Source: the human T2T-CHM13v2.0 reference genome, Homo sapiens
Strand: one strand, 5' to 3'
NCBI RefSeq assembly: GCF_009914755.1
Contig: NC_060948.1
Length of the DNA stretch: 64,000 nt
Positions within the stretch are counted from its first letter, which is position 1; the number at the start of each line of letters is the position of its first letter. Of the stretch, positions 42,591-63,427 are shown in pieces. The notes beneath the pieces are model-generated. The model made no database searches, was not told where the DNA came from, and saw only the letters and a program-made list of their open reading frames with translations. A program made the position numbers and the translations under genes.

Positions 42591-45190
42591 AACAATGGCC
42601 ACTGTTGTCATTCCTCCACTACCTCTGACTTGACTCTTCCAACATCTGTTCTGGGTAGAACAGTGGCCTCTGAAGGGAGAGAAATTACAGAGAACTCATG
42701 AGTTAGTTGGGGAGCAGTTAAAGGCTGGGCATCTTGAACATTCTACCAGCCCCTGGAATTCGCCTATCTTCCTCATTCTCAAAAAGTCTGGGAAATGGAG
42801 GCTTTTACATGACTTACATGATATTAATGCTAATTTACAGCCCATGGGGCCCCTTCAAAGAGCCTCCCTTGCCTTGCGGTGATTCCTGGAGATTGGCCTA
42901 TAATTGTTATTGGCTTAAAATATTGTCTTTATACCATTCCTCCAGCAGAACAGGAGAGAGAAATATTTGCATTTACAATAACAGCTATCAATAATGAAAA
43001 GCCAGCTTGTTGATTTCATTGGAAAATGTGTCCTCAAGGAATGCTAAATAGTCCTACCATGTATCAATATCATGTAAATCAAGCCTTGCTCCCTACTAGA
43101 AAAAAATTGCCTGACTGTAAAAATTATTCATCCTATGAATGATACTCTACTAGCAGCCCCAATGGAGCCAATACTTTTAAATTTGTTTACTTCTGTCCTA
43201 AAGAACACACAGCTGAGAAGTTTAGTAATTGCACTTGTAAATGTACAGATGTCCAGTGTCCTCTCCTTGGAAATACCTTGGATACCTGTTAACCTCCCAG
43301 TCAGTAAGACCTCAGAAGTTTAAACTAAGTACTAGCAGCGTATACACCTTAATGATTATCAGAAATTACTGGGTGATATTACCCGGCTCCATCCCATTTT
43401 GGGAATTCCTACTAATAAACTACAAAACCTGTATTCTATCTTAAAGGGCAATCCAGCTCTTGATTCTCCCAGATATTTAATCCCTGCAGCAAAAAGAGAA
43501 ATCAAGGAAATCAAGCAAGCCATCTCTCAGAGGCAGCTAGATCGCATTGATCTATGGTATTCAATTCAGTTTTTATCTTTCCCAACAAACACTCCCCTAC
43601 AGAGTTACTAGGACAAATGACCCCTGGGCTATGATTCCTACAATGGTTTTTTGCTCACATACTGAGGCTAAAACACTGTCTCCCTATACTCAGTTAATTA
43701 CTAAAATCATCTATTTAGGTCGCAAACATTGCAATCAATTACTAGGTTATGACTCTGATGTCATCAGGATCCCTTTAAATAAAAAGCAATTCGATGCAGC
43801 ATTAGCTTTGTCAATAGAGCTGCAAACAGCTTTCTCTGATTACACAGGGCAAATAGAGATTGTCCTCTCTACTGATAAACTCCTTGTTTTCTTATCTCAC
43901 ACTCTTATAATATTGCCTATAAAAATAATTTAGTCCCCCATGCATAATCCTTTAACACTGTTTACAGATGGGTCTGCTAAACATGGAAAAGCAGCAGCCT
44001 GGAGACCCCAGAATTCAATCACTCAATCTGGGTTTACTAGCACAGAGCTGCAATTGGGGCTCTGATTTTGGCCTTAGAAACTTTTTTCCACTCAGTCCAT
44101 AAATATAATTAGCGATTCTGCAAACTCTCTTAATTTATTACAAAAGTTTTAAACAGCACTGATTAAGTCCACTCTGGAGCCAGGCCTGTTTACTCTTTTC
44201 TTCTGACTTCAGCAATTGCTAGACCAATGCACACATCCTATTGTTATTACCCACATTCAAACCCACAGCTCACTGCCTGGTCCATTGGCTTATGGCAATG
44301 AGCAAGCAGAACTTCAGGTTATGACATCACTGCTAGACCAAGCCACCCAACTGCATCAATTTTACCATCAAAATTGGAGAAACTTATCTAAACAATTTCA
44401 ACTAGCCCAGAGACTGGCTAAACAGATTATCCTATAATTCCCAGATTGCCAGTTCACAGGCATGTCCCCTCCTTTTAGAGGTTTGAACCCTAGAGGATTG
44501 GAACCTAATCATTTGTGGCAAACAGATGTTACAGGCATTCCCTGAATTTGGGAAACTAAGAGATGTGCATGTATCCATTGATACCAACGCTCATTTAATG
44601 GAGAGCCTCAGTATGGAGAGCCTACTCAATATGTCATTAAACATCTTTTTTTAAGTTTTGCATTCATGGGGTGACCCACAAAAATTAAGACTGATAATGG
44701 TCCAGCTTATACCAGTTCACAATTTCAACAATTTTGTTGCAAGTGGAATATCCAACATTCCACAGGCATCCCACAAAACACCCAAGGACAGGCAATAGTA
44801 GAACGCACACACTTCACCCTTAAAAATATGCACAAAGAACAGAAGAAGGAGAATATAGATAAGGATGCTGCAACACTACTAGCACAAGACTTATTTACAA
44901 TTAATGTTTAAAATTTAGATGTCAAATTTCAATCAGCTGTAGAAAAGCACTTTGCTAAAACCTCTCAAGGCATAAAACCTGCAGTTTTACAGAAAGATGT
45001 AAACAGTAACAAATGGTGTGGTCCTAGAGAATTATTAACGTGGGTGTGAGGGTATGCTTGTGTTTGCTCCCCCTCAGGTCCTCTTTGGATTCCATCATGA
45101 GGCATCAAACCATCCCATGGTGTAGCTAGGATCCAACCCAGTACCAGAATTGAAAGAGTTAACCCTGCAAGACCCACAGTTCCAGAGGAC
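42590..45190 (+). pseudogene. HML-5 pol (RT, RNase H, integrase), disrupted
   Basis: [29 protein letters not shown], degenerate YMDD (HPMND), LFTDGS, LWQTDVT, IKTDNGPAY. Confidence 0.88.
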
Positions 45191-46980
45191 ATGGCTTTGG
45201 CATACAACACAGCCCTGGACATTAGCTGGAGTACGCTGAAGAGGACAACTCAGGAGGCTGAACAAATCCTGCTCTGGACGCAGACACAATTTACTCCAGA
45301 TAATGTGTTTCTTGCTGTGCTTTCTATTGTACATTGTGACTCACATAGGGTATTGATACTTTTTATACTCTTGCTTTGTCTGCAATCTGTACCTTCTACA
45401 CTCTATTGGGCCCATATCTTAGGCCCACATTTTTTTCACCATGTCACCTGAGCAGACACTCCTTTCCCAGCCTAAAATAATGTGACTGCTTGGCAAGGAG
45501 GGATAGAATACCCCCAGTGGGGTCCCTCAATAATGGCACATATTGGACTAAGGTGCCAGATAACACTATATTTCACTCCACTGTCTTGCTACTGCCTATA
45601 AGTTATAAAGGTTCTAACCTTACTGTGAACCTGCCCAAAGACAAGTATGGCTACATCATGGCAAAGAAAAAGTCTTAACATTTTTAGCGGCAGGTAGCCT
45701 CAAACCAGACAATAAAATCCATGCTACTTTCCTAAATATCCCTTCTTGTGCTAAACAACAGAATTGAGGAAGTAATGGATTTCACTTTAGTTGGGAAGTC
45801 TGTCATGGGAAACAAGCCCATAGCCTCTGGTTGAGCAATTAAAACATCTTAGACTGGAGTCCTCATGGCCGATTGCAGGGCAGCCTTACAAATGTCTTTG
45901 TCTATCATAGCATTAATCACAGTTTCATAGCCATGTCTCCTTCCCCTATAATTTGGGCTGATGGGGGGCTGGGATATCCCTAGACCCCAAGAAAAGTCAA
46001 CGCCAACCCAAGGCACCTTATAGTGCCTGGGACATCTTAGCACCTCCCTTAACACCTGCCATGGGAGATATAATAATTCCAGTTGCAACTACACTATAGC
46101 CTTTATTCATATTCACACTGATCTGTGCCTGGTTTGCACTACTCATCCATATGTTTTCCTTATGGGAACTAACATTTCCATTACACCTGGAAACTCCACG
46201 TTTGTGAACTGGGTAAAGGGACAGGGTTGGTTTGCCTCATGTATCACTAGTCACAATATATCTAATTTAAAAACTTCTAGTGTCAAAGTATTAAGGAGAC
46301 AATCTGAGGCATTTGGACTAGTCAATTTGACACATGATTGGCAAGGTTCCTTTGCCCTTACTGCCTTAGAACGTGTCCTGTCCCAGGTCAGACACAAAAG
46401 ATTTATAGTTACATTATGGCCTTTATATTCTCAGCCATAGTTGATCTGGCAACTGCTAGCATTGCTGTTGCATCTATTGCTGAACCAGTACAAACAGCTG
46501 CTTTTGTAGATAATCTGGCCAAAAAGGTATCTAATGAACTTCTATTACAGCAAGGGAACAATATGTGAGAGAGCAACAAGATGCACTAGCATTCTCTCAA
46601 CAGTAAAACTGTGACTGGGAACATAAGCATACCTGTGTCACTTCTCTACCATGAAATCAATCAATGCATAGCTGGGATGAGGTGAAACAATACCTCTGGG
46701 GAATCTTTCATAACAATTTAACAGCAGACGTGAAGCAACTTAAGACTAAATTTTTAGAATCCATTCACACCATAGATCTGCACACCCAATATACAGTCAC
46801 ATGGAAGGGTGTATAAGTTCATCTCTCCTAATTAGACCCTCACTGGGGGGGGTCTCCTAGTTAGAGCATGACTGGGGGGTCACCCTTTGACTAGAAAATA
46901 ATGTTGCTAAATATGCTCATGTTTGTCTTATGTTATTTGCTAATCCTAGGATGAAAAGTCTTCCGGAATAAGAGCAGAGA
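45190..46980 (+). pseudogene. HML-5 env, disrupted
   Basis: ISWSTLKRTTQEAEQIL signal region, RHKRFIVT furin site, IVDLATASIAVASI..VQTAAFVDNLAKKVS, and CDWEHKHTCVT. Confidence 0.82.
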
Positions 46981-47065
46981 CCGCCTCATCTGAAAATCCT
47001 GTGGCTGCCCATATCTGCATTCTGCAATCAAAAACCCTAATAAAGAAAGAAAAAAAATGGGAAAA

Positions 47066-47659
47066 TGTTGGGATTCACTCAGGATGGTGGCAGAAATATT
47101 AAAGGGAAATATTAGGGAAAGATCTAGGGAATAGTCACAAAACTTTTGGAAGGCTAAAAGGTTACGTAGCTTGTAATTGAACAGGCTGAAGGCAGCCAGT
47201 TCTTCCCTTAGAACATTAGGTCATAGGGTAAATATAAGAGACAATAGGGGCTTCCCTAGTTAAGTCTGTTTATCTTACCTCCATTAACTAACTTTTTAGC
47301 CAGAAGGCCCTCTCAGGAGGTCGACCAAGAATATTTTCCCGAATGGTATTCACTTTAGACCAGGGTACCTGAGCTTTAATTATTCATAGAACTACTGTCT
47401 TAACCATGTTCATTATCCTCAAGCGTATTTCCACAAAGCTTCTGTTTGTAATTGCTTACTAAATAAATGCCTGGAGTGCCTGCTGCTTAGGGCCGGCCAC
47501 AGTGAGAAACCTCTTTTAGTGTGCAGGCAGTTGGACACAGCAGGACTGGCAAAACAGAATATCTGTGTGTCAGTTTACATTTTATTCATCCATCATTTGG
47601 GTCAGGGTCCACGGGCAGACCCCTGCAGCTAATGCCCTTGTGTGAGGAGAAATACCGCA
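47066..47659 (+). mobile_element. LTR22-family 3' LTR
   Basis: Follows a purine tract and starts tgttgggattcactcaggatggtggcagaaatatt. The end is either 47627 or 47659 (uncertain). Confidence 0.8.
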
Positions 47660-50290
47660 GTTAGGAAACTCAAACTACTGGTAGTTCAACTCAGGGTAGT
47701 TGAGTTTGAGTCCCACTAAGTTAGAGAGAGTAGACAAAAATCTTTGGCTTCCTATTGAAATTGCAGAAAGAATACACTTTAGGAAGAAAATCTATATGCC
47801 AGGAATAAAGAATTCACATGAGAATAAGGATAAAATCCGAACAGTCTCATCCTAATAAAGTATAAGACAAAGGTTGTACAACATCAGTATGAGTAGCCAA
47901 CAATTTCTAATAGAACAAATGCTATCCTTCTTCAGAGAAAGAAAACAAATCCATTCTCTAAACATGCAACTGCAGTTCACAGATAAATGTTATTAGGCGT
48001 ATAAAGAAACAGGAGCATATTGACATAGGAGAGATAAATAAGAAGTCAGACTCCTCCATCACCCAGATACTGGAATTAACACACCAGGACCTTAAAACTG
48101 TTCTTTAAAATGGTTCAAGGACTTAACAGAAAAGATAAAAAGGCTGTATTAGCAGAGGTAATTCAACATCTGAGAAATTTAAAAAGTGGGTGTTTTTAGC
48201 AAGACTTGGAGAAGAAAATAAAGTCAGTGTTCAAGAATGTGGTAGGCAGTATGGCTTCTAGATGCTAAAAACAATAAAGGCAACAGACTATATGCTAAAA
48301 ACAATAAAGGCAACTGGTAGAGACTGTAGAAGAAATTCCGCCTTGCCTAAACCTTCATTATAGTTTACTGAACCCATTTCAGTCTTCTGACACCCAGAAC
48401 TGTGAGAAAATACAGGGTAATCTAAGACCTGAAGAAGAAGAAAGTGTCAGCTCTGAAAAAGACTAACAGAAAATGGCATGGGCAAAAGCAAAGGGGAAAA
48501 GCTCTGAACCAAGACAGAGCTTGAAAACATGGGCAACTTGAATGAAATATTATTGACTCTGGAATAAGGGGGTGGGCCTGAGATATGAGGGTGGAGCATT
48601 GGACAGGAGCCACATCATGAGGGCCTTGTGGATGCTAGTAAAGCAAGTAGTTACTTTCTGAGACATATCCTCCACACACATCCCTTAAGAAGAGTGACTT
48701 AATGTAGTGTATATTCTTTTGAAAAGGGAGTATTATAAAGAATAAGTTTGAGAAGGCAAAACTGAGTAGGTGTTAAACTTTAGGGAAGCTATTGCAGTAG
48801 ATGAAGCAAAATATAATAGTGGCTTGGATTTACAGTGGATATGGAAAGCACAGCATAGTCTGATTGGAAATATTAAACTAAATTTAGCAGAACTTAATTT
48901 AGATTTGATGTAAAGTTTTAAGAAAGGAAGAAATTTAGGATAAACCTTTGGTGTTTTGTCTTGATTGGTTGATAGTGGCTTACAGATACTTAGCAATGAA
49001 TACCACTGTTAATAAAAGACTCAGTTAGAAACTGATGCTGGGACTGCCTGAATGCAAAGCTCTTGTGTTTTTGTTTGTTTGTTTTTTGTTTTTGTTTTGT
49101 TTTGTTTTACTACAGTAGGCTTAAAAATCATCTCTACTTGGTCCCAGGTTTTCTTAAAAAAAAAAAAGAAGTTGTGAAACTGATGATTTCTGTCACCATT
49201 GTGATTCTCTGAGATATATAAGACTTTTACTCAATTCCTTGGTCTGCACATCAAAAACATGAACTGAACTAATGTATATCCAATTTGTTACCCAAATGTG
49301 TTCGTCGGAAAAATTCAACATTCAGACACATATTTACATACACACATCCAAGAAATAATGAGATACACTCGAAGTACTTGAACTTGGAACCACAACAATT
49401 GTTTTTGAGTCTTGGCACTAGCACTTTCTGATATGTGTCATTATATATGTCATGTAATCTTATGAAACTCAATATTTTATAAGAAAAAGCATACATTAAT
49501 ACTCATAATATTGTTGTAAACATACTAACCAAATTACATTTTACTGTAAAATTAGAAACTAGATGTACTTGTTGGTTTTTCAGTGCTCTTACAAAAAACT
49601 AATAATTGTAACATATTAATATAAGTAGATGTGTGAAAAATAAGTTAATAATTTTCTTCTTCCAATTTCATACATAAGCACTAATAGCATTTTCCCAGTA
49701 ATTTTCATGAAGATTAATTTTGCATATAAAATATTTGCAAAGATTATGTTGACATTTATAAAAGTGAAACTGCTATACAGACATCCATGTACACACAGTA
49801 TACATGCATATTCTATAATTCACCTTTGCTAAAATATGTGTTTTAGATTTTTTCTGAAGCAACACATATATCAATCTTATTTGCATTAATAGCTACATTA
49901 CAATCAACATTATATTTATACCAGAGTTTCAATGGATGTACCATTTAATCTTTCCAATTTTGAGGAAAATTCTATCATTCCAAAGATTTAGTATTAATAA
50001 ATATTTAATAAGTGGTACAAAATGTGAAAACTGGGCCAAGTGTTGTAAGTACTTTGTACTGAAATTACTTAAATACCGAATTTATGTAATATTAAATAAA
50101 ATTATAACTATTTAAATACCAAATTACTTTCCAAAAACCTTGGAGCAATCATGTTTCTTCTAGTACCTACAATGTCATCAACAATGGATGCTACTATTAG
50201 TTTTTATTTTTGTAAACTAATGAATGTATTATCTGTTACCTTAAGTTCATTTTTTGTTCTTGTTGTTGAGAACTAGAAATTCTGTTTAAT

Positions 50291-50625
50291 TGTTACCAAT
50301 CTCTAGGGTGTCGGTTTTTTTCTAGCCAGAAACATCTGTGGCTATGATGCCTTTGTCCAAGATATTGTCTTGTGTCAGGAAGAATGAGGTAGAATGAGGT
50401 ACGCAGACAAGTGAATGGTGAACAAGAAGAAAAATTTTATTTAGTGTTAGTACAGCTCAGAGTAATGGTTTGCTCCTCTCTGTAGGCAGGTTGTCCAGTC
50501 AAGTGTTTAGCTCTTAGCAGAGAGGAGGCCCTGGAGGGGGCAGCTCCTCTCTATGGCAAAGTCATTTGGAGGTCTCTGCAGGCCTCTGAAGCTGTCAGCA
50601 GAGATAGTAGCTCCTCTCTGTGTCC
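50291..50625 (-). mobile_element. ERV1 LTR fragment (MER52/LTR27-like)
   Basis: tgttac..gggtgtc..gccagaaacatctgtggc..caggaagaatgaggtacgcagacaagtg..tttatt. Confidence 0.55.
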
Positions 50626-51565
50626 TATGTGTAACGTTAAGAAAATACTGATGTTGAGCTTTAAAGCAGTATTTCACTATCTCTCTACACTGGCAATGCT
50701 CTTATTAAAATATAAGTAATCATTTGGCTTATATAGTATCATATTATGAAATGTAATAAGAGGCACTTACAATTTTTAGATTGCAATTTTGGTAATTAAT
50801 ATGGGCTTTGTCAGACACTCATGTAAGATATACATCTAAAGTTTAATTTATGTTATTTGGATATTATTTTATTAAATATCTAAATTCGGGAAAGGATTAA
50901 TCAATATGGTTGACTTCAGAAATGCCTGCCATATATCTCTCATATTTGTTAATCAAATGAAGTGTTGGCAGATTAAAATTTTTGCAGCTTAGAAATTTTC
51001 AAAGAAAATACAACGCACAAATTCATAAATGGTGATATTATTCCAAATCTTAAGTCAAGTAATATGTCATTAAGAAACACATAAACTCTTCTCTCAGAAA
51101 AATATTTTAAGTAATGAAATGTCAAAAGATATCTTAGAAAGCAAGTTAACTATTGTGTACTAATTTGATGTAGAAATACAGAATAGTAGAAATAAGAGTA
51201 ACAATGACTCACTTTTTCATCGAACAAAAATATAGGAAATCATCTTTAGATACAGAAACCTTTTTATAACTAAAAACACTGAGTTTTTAATTGGCAGAAG
51301 TATATTGAACCATCCAGATGGCAGGACTGGGCTGAATATTAGACCAAAGACACTGATGTTTAATGAAAACAGTGCATGGATGCTGTGAAATGTGACAATG
51401 TAAGCCGTAAACAGAAGGAATCTTGCTTTCCCCATTTGCTCTTCTGCTTCTCTCCTTTAACCTCATGTAGCCTGACATTTGATGGCTGGAAGATACTTCA
51501 TTGCAAGTAGCGAGGCCAGCGAGGCCAAATCTTGGATTTGAATTAGCACACAGAAACTGGTTCAC

Positions 51566-51688
51566 TTTTTTTTTTTGAGACAGTCTCGCTCTGTCGCCCA
51601 GACTGGAGGGCATTGGCATGATTTCAGCTCACTGCAAGCTGCACTTCCTGGGTTCATGACATTCTCCTGCCTCAGCCTCCCAAGTAGC
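51566..51688 (-). mobile_element. 5'-truncated Alu (right-arm part)
   Basis: poly-T plus gagacagtctcgctctgtcgccca..cagcctcccaagtagc; degenerate TSD gaaactggttcac / gaagctggttgac. Confidence 0.85.
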
Positions 51689-51791
51689 ATGGAAGCTGGT
51701 TGACTTTAATGCCCATGACAAATTTATTTGCACTTTCTATTTCTTAGATTATGTGAAAATGTAAAATCAATTGGAAATTTGGATGCTATTA

Positions 51792-57517
<5,726 letters not shown>

Positions 57518-58626
57518 TTTTAAAATGACCTTGTTGAGAAAATTAAACTTTGAGAATTGTTGCCTTATTTGTGGTTTTGGCTTTTGAACAATCTCTAAAT
57601 GTAATCTTATTACACTTTCTGCACATGGTTAGTATTGGATATAATGCTTGTCTTTAGTATGGAGGGCGGATATTCCCAATTTATAATCAAATAATTTAAC
57701 ATTATGCATTTGGGCCATATCATATCCATTTTAGGATGAAAAGACACTGTTGCTAAGGACTTATTGTTTGAAGTCACAAGAAGGAGCAAACACAAAATAC
57801 AGAAATGAGTTTTCTGGACGTGTATGTATATATGGTCCTACAAAATTTTCTTTCTTTGGTTCAACAAAGTTGTATTTGGCATACATATCCTATTCAGTGT
57901 TGTGGATACAATAAGGATTGAGGAGTTAGTCCTTTACCCAAAAGACTTATAGTAAAATGGGAATAGTGGAGGCCATCTCCCATGTCATTTCTCTATATCA
58001 GTAAAGAAAATTTGAAAAATAAAATTCTAAAAATATGGAATTTATATTATTATACAAATTATGTAATATATAGATTTAAATGTAATTACAAGATGTTTTA
58101 CCAAAATTACATGTTATTTAGATAAATTAGAAAATATTTAATAATAGGAGAAATATAACATATTCCAGATTAAAAGCAATATTTTTAAGATTTAAAATTT
58201 TGCTAAATTTATTTATAGATTCAATACACTCTTAATCAACATATCCTCATTTGCCTGTATTGTTTGTAAAGCCCATCTCATACCTGAGATACCATCTTGG
58301 ATAAGAAAAGGGAGAGAGAAGTGAAATGAGTAAACTGAGCATTTGAGCATTGTGCTTAAGTGACTATTTTTATTATCGCATTGAGCTAAGACTACTTGAT
58401 TTGTTTTTTATTTTTAATTTTTTGTGAATACAGTCATTGTATGTATTAACTTGATTTATTGAATACAGTTTTTCCCTATCTTGAGGTTCCAGATGCTCAG
58501 GAGGAATGTCACATAACTTGAATACAAAATAAAGAAGTTATGATTTATTTATACCTCTGTGTATAATGCATATACATGTAAGCCTTCATAAAAAGTTCTT
58601 AAAACATATATCTAATTTGCTTATAA

Positions 58627-58940
<314 letters not shown>

Positions 58941-60033
58941 GGAAAGATTTTTAGTCTTTTTAAAATCAGTGCTCAATTCATCATCATTCTTCATTTTTGG
59001 TATTTCTGTTATAAAATTTCACTAACTTTAACTTGGGCATTGAAACACTAGAACAGTATCATAAATTATATGGCATCATGCACGCCATTATCTCATGTGA
59101 TACCATTAGAAAAGAAGTGCAGTGCATAAACAAGTTTATTTAATATGTTATTTTCATTTATGTGTTTTGATCTAGATTAAAATTGATGAATATAAGCAAG
59201 AATCCAAGACAAGGATGCAAAATTTTGACGAATTGATGAACATTGCTAACATTTTAATCTTTATTATTTTGAGATACAAATTATGGATTTTAAATTTGTA
59301 ACCTCAATAATTTGTAAAAATTCATGTGTGTGTTGATATCTATCTACCATCTATCTATATATACAAATTAACAATAAAACTATAGATAAAAGAACTGAAG
59401 TTTATATTTTCTTTGCAGTATGCAATATTTTCCTGGGCGCTATAGGCTTTATCTAGTCCATTTCATACACTATGATTTCACAGTAATATGCAAATATATT
59501 TCTTAATAAACTACTTTACATTACTAATCAGCTATATACTTGAACACAAACGTGGAGATAAGGACGAAATATAGCCATTTTTAATAAAATAGTCCAAGGC
59601 ATCACCATATTCTATGTTCTAATGAGAAGCTACTCTGGATTTAAAATTATTTTTAATTTCAAATATAAAGTATTTTTGAAGCTAATTAAATTCTGTAGTT
59701 TCCTAGAGACAAGAAGTCTTATTCTTTTTGCTTAGCAGGTGTGTGTATGTCTTAGGGAAGAATTTAGCTGAGGTTGTATTTAATTAGATTGATTAAATAT
59801 GCAGTTGGCTCTATAAAGACAATTTTATGGGTATTGGTTAGATATCTATTTCTAAAAACGTAGAGCTTCTCTTTATTTCATGCTGTTTGCTCCTGTCTGC
59901 CAGGGATTTAAATAGGGAAACTAGCTGTGTTCATGAAAATGTGAATATATTCCTAAACGTGTTCTTTACCTCATCTATGTTATTTTGCACCAAGAGTCAA
60001 TGCATTGCCCATTTCGTTGTGAATATATACATA

Positions 60034-60500
<467 letters not shown>

Positions 60501-60771
60501 TAATACTACTATACCTCTGTATCTCCCTCACAGCACCATTCACTTTCTACTTTCTAGCATGTTTAATCAGCTTTACAAACATTCCTTGAGGGGGGATTTT
60601 TATCTAATTTATTAATTTTTTTTCTTCCCATAAAACTAATAGTTTGTGTACAATTAGTGCTCAATAAACACTTTAAAGAGTTATTTGTTCGAGACACAGA
60701 ACATAAATAAAAAAGTAACAGTAAATAAATTATTAAATGAGTGAATGAATTTTCCTTTCTCTTTAAGCTTT

Positions 60772-61086
60772 ATTTTATTTATTTATTTATTTTTTTTTTT
60801 GAGATGGAGACTTGCTCTGTGGCCCAGGCTGGAGAGCAGTGGCGAGATCTGGGCTCAGTGCAAGCTCTGTCTCCCGGGTTCACGCCATTCTCCTGCCTCA
60901 GCCTCCTCAGTAGCTGTGATTACAGGAGCCCGCCACCACGCTCAGCTAATTTTTTTTTTGTATTTTTTAGTAGAGACGGGCTTTCACCATGTTAGCCAGG
61001 ATGGTCTTGATCTCCTGATCTCATGATCTGCCCACCTCTGCCTCCCAAAGTGCTGGGATTACAGGCGTGGGCCACCGTGCCCGGCC
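60772..61086 (-). mobile_element. AluY
   Basis: Antisense AluY; TSD ctctttaagcttt at 60759-60771 and 61087-61099. Confidence 0.93.
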
Positions 61087-62439
61087 CTCTTTAAGCTTTT
61101 TAACCAAGGGTCTTGAATATATTCTGGGTTCTTATTTGCAAATAGGAGAATCTAGTCTGATTAGATTATACAAAAAAAAAAAATAAAGTATATAATCTCA
61201 CAGAATCTCTGAAAAGTCTAGAGAGCCCTAGTTCCCTTGTCAGGAACAAAGCCCAGGCATACAGCAGATGCCGACGTATGGAAAATACCATCCATCCCTA
61301 CCAATTGCTCAGCACTTACGAGATGCAAAGCAGGATCACAAGACTCTGTTAATGTCATCCCTTGAGCTGAACACAAGTTTTAGCTACATTCTACAGAATT
61401 AATGTGTGTATCTTCTAGAACCACTATGAATACCTCTCCTTCAAAAACTTATTGCTTGTGAAAAACCAACTATGTTTAGCAAGTCATGAAACAACTGTAG
61501 TCATTTATCAGTGGTCACAGACTCACATTTAAGCATAACTTTAAATGTGTCATAGACCTGACACTTATCATTATGAATCAACATTAATCTCATGAAGATG
61601 AACTGGAGGTTGAAAGCCTGCAATTACCCACCAGCTAGGTACACCATTATTAGCCATGATGAAAATGCATCTGGGTTTTCATGTCAGGGCATATTGCCCA
61701 CCTGAGAAGGTAATAATCCTGAGAAATGACACTTCAACTTCCATGTCTTCATAGTCCCCAACAATCACTCAATCACATCAAGCACATGCCAAACTATTCT
61801 TGTGTTTCAAGGCTGACTTAGCAAACTGGTGGACTGAGAGAAATAACAATTCAAATTAAAGATGAGTGCAGTGGCTGTTAAGCAATATGACTTGCCAGTC
61901 ATAAAATGAGTAGGAAATAGTGTGACAAGGATAACCTCCAGTAGAAAGAACCAAAGTATTTCATTTTGACACCATCCACTTAGAAAAAATATGCTGATTT
62001 AGTTTCCATGAACATCTGATGTAATTTTATACAGTTTCTCACTGCAGTACAAGAAGTCAGGTAGATATGCTAGTATTTTCCTTAAAAAACACAAAGATTC
62101 TGAAAAGACTAGAGAGCCCAAGTTCCCTTGTCAGGAACAAAACCCAAGCATACAGCAAGAGAAAACTCCAAAAAACTTGAAATACCACAGCCTGAGCATC
62201 ATTCAACTGGCATGGGGGGTAAATCATTTAATTACCACTGAGTCTTAGGTTCATTGACTCTTTTTTTAATTCCTGAATATATTAGACATCAATTTTCTTC
62301 ATAAAATCATACACTTCATAAGAATTAACAATTATTCCTAATTTTTGGCTACCCATGATATCCCTTGTCCCCCATGTCTATTCTTATTTTTTCATACAAC
62401 AGAATTTTTGGCTTATCGGATAGCTGCACAGAGCAATAC

Positions 62440-62790
62440 ATTATATTCTAGCTTTGCCTGAAGTCAGATATGACCATGTGATAAATTTCTGTCTGGTGCA
62501 GTATATTAGAAAAGGTTTGTGCAACTTCTGGGGTGTGCATTTCAAAGGAGGGAGCGGTCATACCATTGTCCTTGTAAGTCATCTGGCTGGCCAGAATGTG
62601 GTCATGCCTGCAGGAGTCAGAACAGCCTCCTTGCACCACAAGATGTCTGTTGAGGATAGCAGAACAACAAAATAGAGGGAATGTAGGTCTCTGAAAATGT
62701 TGAAGATTACAGCAACCACATCAGCTTAGAATTGTATATAAGAGAAAAATTAGCTTCTGTCTCATTTAAAACTACAATTATATTTTAATG
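62440..62790 (+). mobile_element. Old MaLR LTR fragment (MLT1-like)
   Basis: tgaccatgtgataaatttctg..tgtgcaacttctgggg..agaaaaattagcttctgtctcatttaa resembles MLT1H/J. Confidence 0.45.
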
Positions 62791-63427
62791 ATGAGCAACT
62801 CATTGATTGCACTGTTGGTACTATACCTATCCCTATTGTATGGGCAAACTTTACTACAGAATCAAATAACGTTATCATGACAGGTTATCAGAAACCAACT
62901 GGATGAGTATCTTCCCATCCTCATCTCATATTTGTCAACTTAGATGACAAATGGATGAATGCTAGAATTTAAAATATATCTCAAATTAAAATTTAACACA
63001 ATTTCATCTGAACCATGCCTAGGTTTTGGTTTTTGCTTTGATTCTCCATTCAGCAGTGAAAGGAAAGGGAATATTTCAATAATTATTATATTATATAATA
63101 TCTATATTACTTATTCTAATGATTTACTTTTAAAATAATTTAAGAATATACATATTTGTAAAATTATTAACTTTAAAACTTTGGTTTAACAAAAATATGT
63201 ATTCTATGATATAGTTTTTGCTTAGAAATATACATTTATATATTCATGCATATTTGCATGACTGTGTCAATATTTATTCAAAGAAAAATCATGAAAGTTT
63301 ACACAATGACTTCTCAGTTATGCCCTCTGAGACAGTAATTAAAGATGGTAAGTGAATAAGTTTGTCTTTTTTATTATATACTCAAGTATTAATTAAACTT
63401 TTCAATGAGCTTTGGTCTTGATCGGCA

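Larger units (their letters stand above)
40289..47659 (+). mobile_element. HERV-K(HML-5)/HERVK22 provirus lacking 5' LTR and PBS
   Basis: Betaretrovirus-like gag, dUTPase-pro, pol and env, followed by a polypurine tract and an LTR22-type 3' LTR. Confidence 0.88.
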
